Shown: positions 19,268-27,949 of the stretch, piece by piece | Numbering within the stretch: the first letter of the stretch is position 1 | How the letters are laid out: every line of letters starts with the position of its first letter | Source of the DNA: an uncultured Hyphomicrobiales bacterium | Lineage (GTDB): Bacteria > Bacteroidota > Ignavibacteria > Kapaibacteriales > UBA2268 | Assembly (NCBI GenBank): GCA_964529535.1 | Contig: CAZGXC010000003.1 | Span: forward strand, 265 to 45,505 | Direction of reading: 5' to 3' | DNA: 45,241 nt | Position numbers and translations under genes: made by a program | Notes under the pieces: model-generated | Told to the model about the DNA's origin: nothing | The model's input: the letters and a program-made list of their open reading frames with translations, nothing else | Databases searched by the model: none

Positions 19268-20746
19268 TTATAAGCTGAAATTTCTTTGCGACGAATGCCT
19301 TCCTGATTTATCAGTAATCGAGAAGATTAGCTTCGCGTCTCCTACTTTTTTCAGACTAATGATGAAAGTTTGCACAAAAGAGAATTTATCGCGGCTTTCC
19401 TCCATACTGCCGTATAATTCCCTAAAATTAATATCAACGTTACAAGAAATATTATTGACGAGATTTCTCTCGGCATTCATCATTCCATAGGATTTAGTGC
19501 GTATTTCAATTTCGCCATTTGGCATTTTTTGGATAGAAATGATTTCCGGTTGCGGATAATCCAAAACAGTTATCTTCAAATCTTCTTCGATTAGATTATT
19601 ATCTAAGTATCTGCGCAAGGAAAGGGTTTTCCCGACATCTCTTGCGCTCGGAGTAAAGTAAAATTTAGCACCTTCCTCGCTGGATTTCAATCTCTCCTGC
19701 GGAGTTCTGATTTCGGCATAAGCATTGCGATTTGTCATCGGCAGATTCGGATCAATTAGGTAGCTCCTGCCCACATACATCTGTTTATCATAAATAGGAT
19801 CATCTATTGGGAGAGCTTTTACTGTGAAAGTGCTTGTTTTGATTGTTCCATCGCTCTTTCGTTCAGCTGATATTTTCACTTTAATTATTCCGGACGATGG
19901 GATAGCCCCATTGAAAATGATTTTATTCTGCTGTATGTCAACGTTTATTGCTTTGTATTTTGCTGGAGCCGAGCCAGTAATTTCTACATTTGGCTTCGCT
20001 TTTAAGTCCTTGAAAATATTAACATTATAGAAGAAAACTGTATTGCTCCATTTTTGCAGAACCGGCATATTGATTAAAGTTCTTTCTGGATTGATTGCGA
20101 AATCTCCATTATATACTACTTGAGTGCTTGGGATGCGTCGCAAAGAATCCAAGATTCTATCAATATTTTGCGTCAAATTCTGATTATCCAGAGGCAAGCC
20201 TGCGGAATCTATTTCAGGTTTATTTTGATAAATAATATTCAGCGTGAATTGAGTTTTCGCTTGGTAAAACTTCGTATTATCGCCCTTGGGATGAACAATT
20301 GCGCTTACCGCTACGATGTATGAATGATTATTATTAATCGTATATTCTGGCTTCCAAATAAACTTCGAGGAGCTATTTTCTCTATCATTGTGTATTTTAT
20401 ATATTTCATGATTAGAGGCTTCATTTAGCTCCATTGTTTGATTGGTAAGTGGATCGATAATAGTGTAGTTATAGCTAATATTCTCAAATTTTGAATTGGC
20501 ATAAATGCTATTTAGCGAATCCAATTGAATAATCCGAGATCCATCTTTATCAAGAACAAACAAGGCATTTAGGTTAGTTTTCTCCGGATATATCGAGAAG
20601 TCAATATATGATTTATTATCTTCCTTCTGCGGGAGGGTTTCTTTTTTATCTGGCAATAAGAACAACAATGCCGCTAAATATAGGACAAAATATATTTCTA
20701 CGCTTTTTCGCTTATTTAGTGAATTATTATTTCGGTTATTGCTCAT
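19268..20746 (-). CDS. hypothetical single-pass membrane protein; GldM/PorM-like architecture (tentative)
   Basis: Basic stretch plus one TM (KRKSVEIYFVLYLAALLFLL), then about 450 aa of beta-rich periplasmic sequence. Domain-boundary motifs resemble GldM (FTVKALPIDDPIYDKQMYVGRSYLIDPNLP; ITVLDYPQPEI). Sits directly downstream of a GldL-like gene. Confidence 0.35.
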   Translation of the reverse strand: MSNNRNNNSLNKRKSVEIYFVLYLAALLFLLPDKKETLPQKEDNKSYIDFSIYPEKTNLNALFVLDKDGSRIIQLDSLNSIYANSKFENISYNYTIIDPLTNQTMELNEASNHEIYKIHNDRENSSSKFIWKPEYTINNNHSYIVAVSAIVHPKGDNTKFYQAKTQFTLNIIYQNKPEIDSAGLPLDNQNLTQNIDRILDSLRRIPSTQVVYNGDFAINPERTLINMPVLQKWSNTVFFYNVNIFKDLKAKPNVEITGSAPAKYKAINVDIQQNKIIFNGAIPSSGIIKVKISAERKSDGTIKTSTFTVKALPIDDPIYDKQMYVGRSYLIDPNLPMTNRNAYAEIRTPQERLKSSEEGAKFYFTPSARDVGKTLSLRRYLDNNLIEEDLKITVLDYPQPEIISIQKMPNGEIEIRTKSYGMMNAERNLVNNISCNVDINFRELYGSMEESRDKFSFVQTFIISLKKVGDAKLIFSITDKSGRHSSQRNFSL

Positions 20747-20780
20747 TGCTTTTTCTTATCTTTTCTTTAGGATTCAAGGA

Positions 20781-21569
20781 CTACTTGTTTAGCGAAATCT
20801 GATTAATTATCCTCGATAATTCATTTTTCACGCTAAGCTCAATTTCCTCAGACTTTACTTTTTCGAGAGTTAAATTCAGATCTTGTATTTTCGCATTAAA
20901 TAGCTCGAGGCTCTCATTTGTCTTGCTCATTACTTCGAGCATTTGCGGATTGGGATTCACTGCCTGCAAATTCAATTTGGTATTTTGGTCAATGGAGTTA
21001 ATAAGGTCTCTTTCTAAGTCAATGATCTTCAGGAAGGAATCATTCATTCTCTCGAAATTGACAGACACAGAAGCAAAATCGCGACTGATTTCCCCTACTT
21101 CGAGCAGCAATTCCTCGATAGATTCTTTATTATCATCGTTTTCGGACTTTTCCACAATTTCCATCGGCGTGTGATACATAACGATGAAAAGCATTATCAA
21201 CATCATTGCTTCGAATACCACGCCAGAGATAACAATATTATCCGTAATGAAATCGCTAAATCTGCGAATGCCAACCAATACTAATAGTATCGCCGCACCG
21301 AGATATACAAATGAATTGATTGATGAATAATAAAAGCGATTTACTATTTCCTCTAACCACACACCGGTTCCCTTGAAAAATCCAAGCGGATGAAGCACGG
21401 TAACGCTCTGCGAGGAATATCGGAACAATTCTTTTTCGTAAGTGCAGAGTTTCCATAAAGTTAACAATGCAGACAGAGAACTCATCTGCTTGTCGAACCT
21501 CAATTCCTTAAAAATTTTAACTATTAGAAATCTGCCTTCTATGCTTGAAATATTATTGATTTTTTTCAT
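20781..21569 (-). CDS. hypothetical two-TM membrane protein with cytoplasmic coiled coil; GldL/PorL-like (tentative)
   Basis: TM1 FVYLGAAILLVLVGIRRF (compare GldL/PorL Y-x-x-GAA-x-V-I-x-GALFK). TM2 ISGVVFEAMMLIMLF carries a mid-membrane Glu (compare GldL TEA). About 120 aa of heptad-like C-terminal region. An ~85-aa N-terminal extension is not seen in GldL. Confidence 0.4.
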   Translation of the reverse strand: MKKINNISSIEGRFLIVKIFKELRFDKQMSSLSALLTLWKLCTYEKELFRYSSQSVTVLHPLGFFKGTGVWLEEIVNRFYYSSINSFVYLGAAILLVLVGIRRFSDFITDNIVISGVVFEAMMLIMLFIVMYHTPMEIVEKSENDDNKESIEELLLEVGEISRDFASVSVNFERMNDSFLKIIDLERDLINSIDQNTKLNLQAVNPNPQMLEVMSKTNESLELFNAKIQDLNLTLEKVKSEEIELSVKNELSRIINQISLNK

Positions 21570-21620
21570 TACTATTTATTTCTCTTTTTATCTATTTTTT
21601 ACTCTTTTATGTCTCAGTTT

Positions 21621-21686
21621 TTATTCTTGTGTATCAATATTATTATTCTTGTGTGTCTATTTTATTATTCTTGTGTGTCTATTTTA
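21621..21686. repeat. three direct repeats with exact 22-bp period
   Basis: Units start at 21621, 21643 and 21665. Units 2 and 3 are identical (TTATTCTTGTGTGTCTATTTTA). Unit 1 shares the first 13 nt and then diverges (TTATTCTTGTGTATCAATATTA). Unit 3 encodes the last residues and stop codon of actF on the minus strand. Confidence 0.9.
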
Positions 21687-22783
21687 TTATCATTTGAATC
21701 ATCACTATTATATGAAATATCGCTACTTGACATTATTAATTCATCGCCTTCAGTTATCTGTATCTTTTTATATTTAAATAGCTTCGCTAAAAACAATACA
21801 ATGAATATGCCAAAAGAAAAGATAAAGAAAGTATATTCAAAAATGGTGATACCATAAGGCGAATATGCAGGAATAAAATAGCACATCAAATCTATTGCTA
21901 CTGCCATTATTGTTGAATATCCAGCCACGAGAATGCTATTCTTGGAAGTCTTCGATTTCTTTGTAAATAAGAATAATGAAGGTATTATCAAATGAAGCAA
22001 GAGTGCCAAGCCCTGATAAAGCAACCATGGTGGCGTAAAACGTATATTGAATAAGAATGATTCGGAAGGAATATTAGCATAATAAACGATGATTAACTGG
22101 CTGAAAAACAGATACGACCATAAGATATTAAAGCCAAATAACTGCGTAGCGAGACTTGAAATATAGCTCTCGGATTGCTCGTGCTTCAGGAATAAATGAG
22201 TTATCAATAGCACCGCGAACAATAAGGTCAGCAAGCTAACGAATAGGTAAAATGTCCAAATCGTGCTTTGCCAAAACTCCTGAATAGTAATATCCTGCAC
22301 AAAAGCCAATAGATCATAAGAGAATAAAATAAAGAGGAATGACAGCAGGAATAGCAGCAGGTAGTTAAATAACACCTCTGGAGATTTCTTCAATTTAATA
22401 TAATACAAACTACCGAAAATTAATGCTAAATATATGAATTGTCGCGCATAATAGAAGTAATTCGAGAACCAATCCGTGGTAAATTCATTGAAATACGAAG
22501 CCCCATAGAAATTGATATACCTACTTGAAAATATTAGATTTACAGAGAAATAAGCGAGGAAGAAATACCGCATATCAAACAGAGAAATCATATACCTCTT
22601 TAATTGAAAAGCAATTCTGGAATTTATGCTTTCCTGCAAAAGATAATAAATTACCGATACATAAAGCATTCCGAATAGCAAAGTATTATTCAAAATTAGA
22701 TTAATATTAAATCTGCCCGGATTGATAAAATACAATCCAATAAGCATTAAAATGAATATTATATTAAAGACTTTATTTAGCAT
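21665..22783 (-). CDS. actF: alternative complex III subunit ActF (NrfD-like membrane subunit 2)
   Basis: Polytopic protein. FGFNILWSYLFFSQLIIVYYANIPSES matches the ActF W-Y-x-N-I-P-E-E region. Last gene of a tightly overlapping act operon. Confidence 0.7.
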   Translation of the reverse strand: MLNKVFNIIFILMLIGLYFINPGRFNINLILNNTLLFGMLYVSVIYYLLQESINSRIAFQLKRYMISLFDMRYFFLAYFSVNLIFSSRYINFYGASYFNEFTTDWFSNYFYYARQFIYLALIFGSLYYIKLKKSPEVLFNYLLLFLLSFLFILFSYDLLAFVQDITIQEFWQSTIWTFYLFVSLLTLLFAVLLITHLFLKHEQSESYISSLATQLFGFNILWSYLFFSQLIIVYYANIPSESFLFNIRFTPPWLLYQGLALLLHLIIPSLFLFTKKSKTSKNSILVAGYSTIMAVAIDLMCYFIPAYSPYGITIFEYTFFIFSFGIFIVLFLAKLFKYKKIQITEGDELIMSSSDISYNSDDSNDNKIDTQE

Positions 22784-23393
22784 TTCGCTCTCTATTTTGT
22801 AATGTTCGTAAATATTTAATTATTGCCCATTTATCATTATTGTTTAGTTTATGACTCACGGGATACATCAAATTCTGTCCTGCGCTCAAAATGTGGAATA
22901 TCCGACTATCTGGCAAGACATCTTCCCCTTTGTTCCGAATATCTGGAGGATTCGGGAAGGGGTCTTCATCTTTTTTTAATACAACTTTAGTTACGATTGC
23001 CCCCATGCCATCAGCATTATGATTATGGCAATAGACGCAATGCGTTTCATATAAATATTTTCCATATTTCAGGACAAGCTCGCTATTGGGAAGCGGATTG
23101 TCCCCATTTTTCACAGAAGATTCGATATCATTCTGCTCAATGCGATAGATATCACCACTAATAGGCACGGAATTTTCAGGACGCAAACTCTCCCACCCCT
23201 TATTAGCCGCAAAAATATTGCGAGATTGTGGTTTTAGGTTCAGCCCGTTATCCATATCGCTAATTAGCTCAAATGGTTGACTTTGATTAACAGATTTAAA
23301 CACATCTGCCCGCAGGAGAATAGTAAATACCAATAATCCTGTGGGAATCAGCCAAAGTATGGCAATCGCTATATGTTTATAAAACTTAGGCAA
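22773..23393 (-). CDS. actE: alternative complex III monohaem cytochrome c subunit ActE
   Basis: N-terminal TM/signal anchor and a single CVYCH haem motif. Position between actD and actF. Confidence 0.7.
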   Translation of the reverse strand: MPKFYKHIAIAILWLIPTGLLVFTILLRADVFKSVNQSQPFELISDMDNGLNLKPQSRNIFAANKGWESLRPENSVPISGDIYRIEQNDIESSVKNGDNPLPNSELVLKYGKYLYETHCVYCHNHNADGMGAIVTKVVLKKDEDPFPNPPDIRNKGEDVLPDSRIFHILSAGQNLMYPVSHKLNNNDKWAIIKYLRTLQNRERNAK

Positions 23394-23865
23394 ATTTCTC
23401 TATCTTTACATCAAAATCTTTTAATTTCTCTTTTATTATATCTATATTGTAAATATTTTCTAAATATATACTTTGTTTTTCTGTATGAGTTTCGCCGAAA
23501 TGAAACATTCGGTTAGAAAAAATAAACACTAAAAACAAGCCGACAACTACGAATAAGACTACAAATTCAAATATTACTGGAACGGAATAAATAAAATCGA
23601 ACATGTGCTTGCCACCAATATCAAGAGGATAACTTATGCGCTGAGTCCAAAATAAAAACGCTATCCCAATATATGCCCCGATTATTCCTAATATCACGCC
23701 GATGATTCCATAGAGTCGGGAACTTGCCTCTTGGGCATCTGATTCACGCGGCATTTGTATCAAAGAGAACTCATCCGTATAGTTAAGCCTTAAATAATTA
23801 AGGACTTCAAGCACCTTCGGATAATCCCCAGTGCTAACGATTATCTCATAATTATTTTTTTTCAT
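23386..23865 (-). CDS. actD: alternative complex III membrane subunit ActD (DUF3341-like)
   Basis: 159 aa: a soluble N-terminal half, then two TM helices. Operon position after actC. Confidence 0.6.
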   Translation of the reverse strand: MKKNNYEIIVSTGDYPKVLEVLNYLRLNYTDEFSLIQMPRESDAQEASSRLYGIIGVILGIIGAYIGIAFLFWTQRISYPLDIGGKHMFDFIYSVPVIFEFVVLFVVVGLFLVFIFSNRMFHFGETHTEKQSIYLENIYNIDIIKEKLKDFDVKIEKFA

Positions 23866-25147
23866 CTTTTGCTACCTCCCACAATGGAATAATTGGCAAA
23901 TGCTTCACAAATAGCATATATAACAATCCGAATAATCCGAAACTCCCCAAGAATATACTTAGCTCTATAATACTTGGAGCATAGCGCACACCCGCTTCCG
24001 AGAGCAATCCAGTGTTTTGCGAAAACACTACGATAATAAATCTCTCCAACCACATTCCAATCAATATTAAAGAGGAAATAGTTATTGAAATCTTAGTATT
24101 GCGTCTGAAAGAACGAAGCATATAAAGATGCGGAAGCAAGCAATTAAATACTATCATTAGCCAGAAAATAGTCGATTTTAGCTTAAGACTCAGCAAATCT
24201 TGCTCAAAAAGATTATCGTTAAACAAAGTGCCGAATATCTCGATAAAATACGAGAAAAACACAAGCCAAGATATAAAATAAACCATTTTATTAATCTTGT
24301 CAAAATGATCATCACTAATAAACTCCTCGAGCCCGAAAGCATAACGAAGAATATGAAGCAAGATCACGAGCATAGCCAAGCCGGAAAATATCGCACCAAT
24401 TACGAAGTATGGTGGGAATATTGTAGAATGCCACCCAGCCAAGGCAGTAAGAGAAAAATCCATAGCAATAACTGAATGAACTGAAATCACAAGCGCTGTC
24501 GCAATCCCAGCAATAATATAATACAGAGCATTGTATGAAGCCCATTGCTGGCGCGAGCCCTTCCAACCAAGACCGAAGAACGAATATAAACTTCTCTTAA
24601 ACTTTCCATTAATCTTTGTCTTATAAAAAGCTAAATCAGGGATTAAGCCTAAATACCAGAAAATTAAAGATACTACGAAATATGCTACTATTGCGATAAA
24701 ATCCCAGAATAACGGAGATTTGAAATTAACCCATAGATCGAATTGATTAGGATAGGGAATAATCCACAACCAGCTGAGCCATGGACGCCCCGTATGAATT
24801 AGTAAAAATATGCCGGAACAAATAATAGCAATTAAGGTCATCGCCTCGGCTGCACGATTGATTTCATTGCGCCAATCCTGCTTAAATAAAAGCAAAATCG
24901 CGGAAATCAAGGTGCCCGAATGGGCTAATCCAATCCAGAAGACAAAATTAGCGATAGTAACGCCCCATGCCGTCTTATTATTGATTCCCCAAAGCTCCAA
25001 GCCTTCATAAATCGTGATGCCGAAGGTTACCAAGCCCTGCAATAACAAGAAGGAGAAAAATATCATCAATAAGCGGTAATTATTGCTTGTGCTTCCATTT
25101 ATTGTCGATAGCGTGTTATTTACTAAATTTCTTACTCTTTCCTGCAT
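23852..25147 (-). CDS. actC: alternative complex III quinol-interacting membrane subunit ActC (NrfD/PsrC family)
   Basis: About 10 TM helices, NrfD-like (WGVTIANFVFWIGLAHSGTLISA). Follows the Fe-S subunit gene with a 1-bp gap. Confidence 0.8.
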   Translation of the reverse strand: MQERVRNLVNNTLSTINGSTSNNYRLLMIFFSFLLLQGLVTFGITIYEGLELWGINNKTAWGVTIANFVFWIGLAHSGTLISAILLLFKQDWRNEINRAAEAMTLIAIICSGIFLLIHTGRPWLSWLWIIPYPNQFDLWVNFKSPLFWDFIAIVAYFVVSLIFWYLGLIPDLAFYKTKINGKFKRSLYSFFGLGWKGSRQQWASYNALYYIIAGIATALVISVHSVIAMDFSLTALAGWHSTIFPPYFVIGAIFSGLAMLVILLHILRYAFGLEEFISDDHFDKINKMVYFISWLVFFSYFIEIFGTLFNDNLFEQDLLSLKLKSTIFWLMIVFNCLLPHLYMLRSFRRNTKISITISSLILIGMWLERFIIVVFSQNTGLLSEAGVRYAPSIIELSIFLGSFGLFGLLYMLFVKHLPIIPLWEVAKDEKK

Positions 25148-25148
25148 A

Positions 25149-27086
25149 TCAATCCCTCATAATATAAAATATTGAAGGTTTCGTCGCTGAATTAACTATT
25201 ATCTGATACATATTGTCTTTATTTTCGTTCTTAATTTGCTTAAATTCTTCGGAATTCAAATCTACTAATTTTATTGCTTTTAAAGGGCATACTTCCGAGC
25301 AAGCAGTGTGATTTTTTTTCGCTTTTTTCTCTGAATCGCTTAAATTATTAAATTCATTTAGTCGCTGAACGCAAAGCGAACACTTTTCGACCACTCCTCT
25401 GCTCCGCACAGTAACTTCTGGATTTAGCCTTGCGCGTTGGCGCTTATCAAAATCGATGTAATTATTGCGGAAATTGAATCGACGCACCTTGTATTGGCAC
25501 GCCGCCATACAGTAGCGCGTCCCAACGCACCTATTATAAATAGTTTCGCTCAATCCCTCGGGGCTATGAGTTGCTGCATTCACGGGGCAGGCAGACTCGC
25601 ATGGAGCATTTTCGCAATGTTGGCACATGTAAGGAATATAGATGGTCTTCCCGCTTAAATTCTTTGTTTTAATAATCGAGAGCCAATCCATATCTCTATC
25701 TTTATCATAATTTTGATATTCTGGAGCTGGAGTATTATTTTCAATTCTACACGCTGCGATACAAGTGTTGCAGCCAGCGCATTTATCGACATCGATGAGT
25801 AATCCCCATCTATGCCCCAGAAATTCATAATTATTATGAGATATACTATCTTCTGCTAAGCTAATCTTTTGGAAGAAGTTCTTTGCAAAGTTGTCATCTT
25901 TTTTCTGCTTGAAAATGTCGTAAGGATTATCATAAGTAAATGCTTTATCTGCTTTATTAGCAAGTGGATCAATATTACTTGCCTTTAAAGTAATATCGTT
26001 AGCTAAATGAATTTGCTCTTTAAATCGCTCATCAACATCACTAACTCTTATGATTTCATTAGCATTAGAGAGAGTAGCTGAAAATCTTTCATCATCTTTT
26101 ACAAAATCATAATATCCATCATACTTCTGCAGATCGCTTACTCCAAGATTCTTGAAAACATCAAAAATAAGCTCAATATCAGTAAAAGAATCTGGATTAA
26201 GTGGCTTCACTACTGGTTGCTGAACGCCATATTCTTTAAATAATGTTTGCCCATCAGCCCATGCCTCTAAAAAGTGGCTTTTTGGTATATTTATCAATGA
26301 CTTATTACTATTCACATAAGAAATATAGATAAAATCATTTATATATGAGCTATCAAGATCTAATTTGTTTAAATTATAAGAACTTAACAATAATGATTTA
26401 GATTTAAATATTTCAGCTAATTTAACATTAACTTTATGAGTAGTATAATTATAATATGCTTGTCTTGATAATAGCTGTATTTCTGTGCGATGTCCTGTAA
26501 GTTCTGAATATTGGATTGATTTCTCAAAAGAATCCACATATTTGCTACTATCAAATTCGAGATTCATAAATCTCCTAACATCATCCGCATATTTATCGAT
26601 AAAAATTACATTTTCCTTTGCGGAAGAAATAATATTTACAAGTCGCTCCAAGGCAGGGGAATTTCTATTTTCGATAAAGATATAAGCATTATCGAGTTTG
26701 CTCAATTTATTGTCAATAAACTCAGAGCAATAATCGATTATATCTTCTCTTTTTATGCTTTTTTCTTTGTGAGATGATTTCCAGAACCTATTGGAATTAT
26801 ATAGGTTATAAATTTCATTTAACACAGGTGCATCAATAAAAGTATTAGCATCATCATCAATTTCTTGGGGTAAGAATTGAATGGGTTTCCCCTCGAAGAC
26901 CTTAATTAATAATTTATATAGACCATTTTCACTTGGAAGGTAAGTCCTATAATAATCATACGCACCAAATTCCTGCTTTTCAATAGGAAGCACAGCCGGA
27001 AAAATATCTTGCTCGGGTCTCCTGCAAGACATTGCAATACCAGCACTTAGCAAGGACAATTGATATATAAAACTTCTTCTATCCAT
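25149..27086 (-). CDS. actB: alternative complex III iron-sulfur subunit ActB (short form)
   Basis: Tat signal MDRRSFIYQLSLLSAGIAMSC. C-terminal ~215 aa carry ferredoxin-type clusters CAGCNTCIAAC, CQHCENAPCESACP, CVGTRYCMAAC, CSLC...CSEVCP. Confidence 0.8.
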   Translation of the reverse strand: MDRRSFIYQLSLLSAGIAMSCRRPEQDIFPAVLPIEKQEFGAYDYYRTYLPSENGLYKLLIKVFEGKPIQFLPQEIDDDANTFIDAPVLNEIYNLYNSNRFWKSSHKEKSIKREDIIDYCSEFIDNKLSKLDNAYIFIENRNSPALERLVNIISSAKENVIFIDKYADDVRRFMNLEFDSSKYVDSFEKSIQYSELTGHRTEIQLLSRQAYYNYTTHKVNVKLAEIFKSKSLLLSSYNLNKLDLDSSYINDFIYISYVNSNKSLINIPKSHFLEAWADGQTLFKEYGVQQPVVKPLNPDSFTDIELIFDVFKNLGVSDLQKYDGYYDFVKDDERFSATLSNANEIIRVSDVDERFKEQIHLANDITLKASNIDPLANKADKAFTYDNPYDIFKQKKDDNFAKNFFQKISLAEDSISHNNYEFLGHRWGLLIDVDKCAGCNTCIAACRIENNTPAPEYQNYDKDRDMDWLSIIKTKNLSGKTIYIPYMCQHCENAPCESACPVNAATHSPEGLSETIYNRCVGTRYCMAACQYKVRRFNFRNNYIDFDKRQRARLNPEVTVRSRGVVEKCSLCVQRLNEFNNLSDSEKKAKKNHTACSEVCPLKAIKLVDLNSEEFKQIKNENKDNMYQIIVNSATKPSIFYIMRD

Positions 27087-27113
27087 ATTTATTTCATTAT
27101 TTATGATGACAGA

Positions 27114-27809
27114 TTAATGATGGCAGGCAGAGCAGTTTTCTGGTCCCTTGCCCGGATCATTTGGTAATCTGATACATCCTTCTTTTTCTTTAATTTTATT
27201 GATCATTTTGCCGAAATACGGCTGAGTCATAGGCTTTCCAGATTGAAAATTAATTTTATCATTTGTCATAAAAATACCGCTAACCTCTCTCGGCGGGACG
27301 ATTTTGGATTCAGGATTTCTATGACAATCCAAACACCATTTCATTGTCATTCTTGTAGTTAGCTTATTTGAATCCAGTAATTCCACTTCATTATGACACG
27401 AAGAGCAATCCATCTGTCGATTTACGTGATTTTTATGCGAGAAATGCACATAATCAGGTAATTTATATATTCTCTTCCATATTAATACAGAATCGTTATC
27501 CGAGCTTAAATTCAATGGTTTCATCGCATCAACTTCATTTCTAAAAGCAATATGACAGGTCATGCAAGTATGTATAGATGGTATATTTGCGTGCTTATTC
27601 GTGGTCGCATCATAGTGGCAAAATGTGCATTTCATTCCCAATTTTTCAATATGCGTTTTATGCGAGAATGGCACAGGTTGCGATGGCTGAAAATTCAGAT
27701 TCCCTATTGAATAATCATAAGCATAAAACAAAGATACGACAACAATCCCCAGCCACACTACAGCAAGGATAAGGCGTTTTTTCAATATATAATCTCTGCT
27801 TTTCTGCAC
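27114..27809 (-). CDS. actA: alternative complex III pentahaem cytochrome c subunit ActA
   Basis: N-terminal TM anchor. Five CxxCH motifs: CTFCH, CMTCH, CSSCH, CLDCH, CSACH. Confidence 0.8.
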   Translation of the reverse strand: MQKSRDYILKKRLILAVVWLGIVVVSLFYAYDYSIGNLNFQPSQPVPFSHKTHIEKLGMKCTFCHYDATTNKHANIPSIHTCMTCHIAFRNEVDAMKPLNLSSDNDSVLIWKRIYKLPDYVHFSHKNHVNRQMDCSSCHNEVELLDSNKLTTRMTMKWCLDCHRNPESKIVPPREVSGIFMTNDKINFQSGKPMTQPYFGKMINKIKEKEGCIRLPNDPGKGPENCSACHH

Positions 27810-27896
27810 GATTTCATAGTTTAATTTCTAATTTACAAATATACAAATTTTATCTTGAATTATCTCTATTATTCTTGGAAAGTATATAATAAAATA

Positions 27897-27921
27897 GCGA
27901 CTTTCCCCAAAGGAAAGTCGC
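27897..27921 (-). terminator. rho-independent terminator separating the small-protein pair from the act operon
   Basis: GCGACTTTCC-ccaaa-GGAAAGTCGC perfect 10-bp stem, followed on the minus strand by TATTTTATTAT. Confidence 0.65.
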
Positions 27922-27949
27922 CATCTACATTGTTAAGTGATCGCTCTAA

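Noticed and set aside
21621-21686. Possibility that the 22-bp repeats are a mini CRISPR array
   Set aside because: The units are directly abutting with no spacers. The period is too short, there are no cas genes, and the repeats overlap a coding 3' end.
21442-21857. Two plus-strand ORFs (111 and 82 aa) across the actF / GldL-like spacer
   Set aside because: They arise from T-rich repeat DNA and from the antisense of the actF 3' end. The peptide repeats (ILVCLFYY...) simply mirror the 22-bp DNA repeat.
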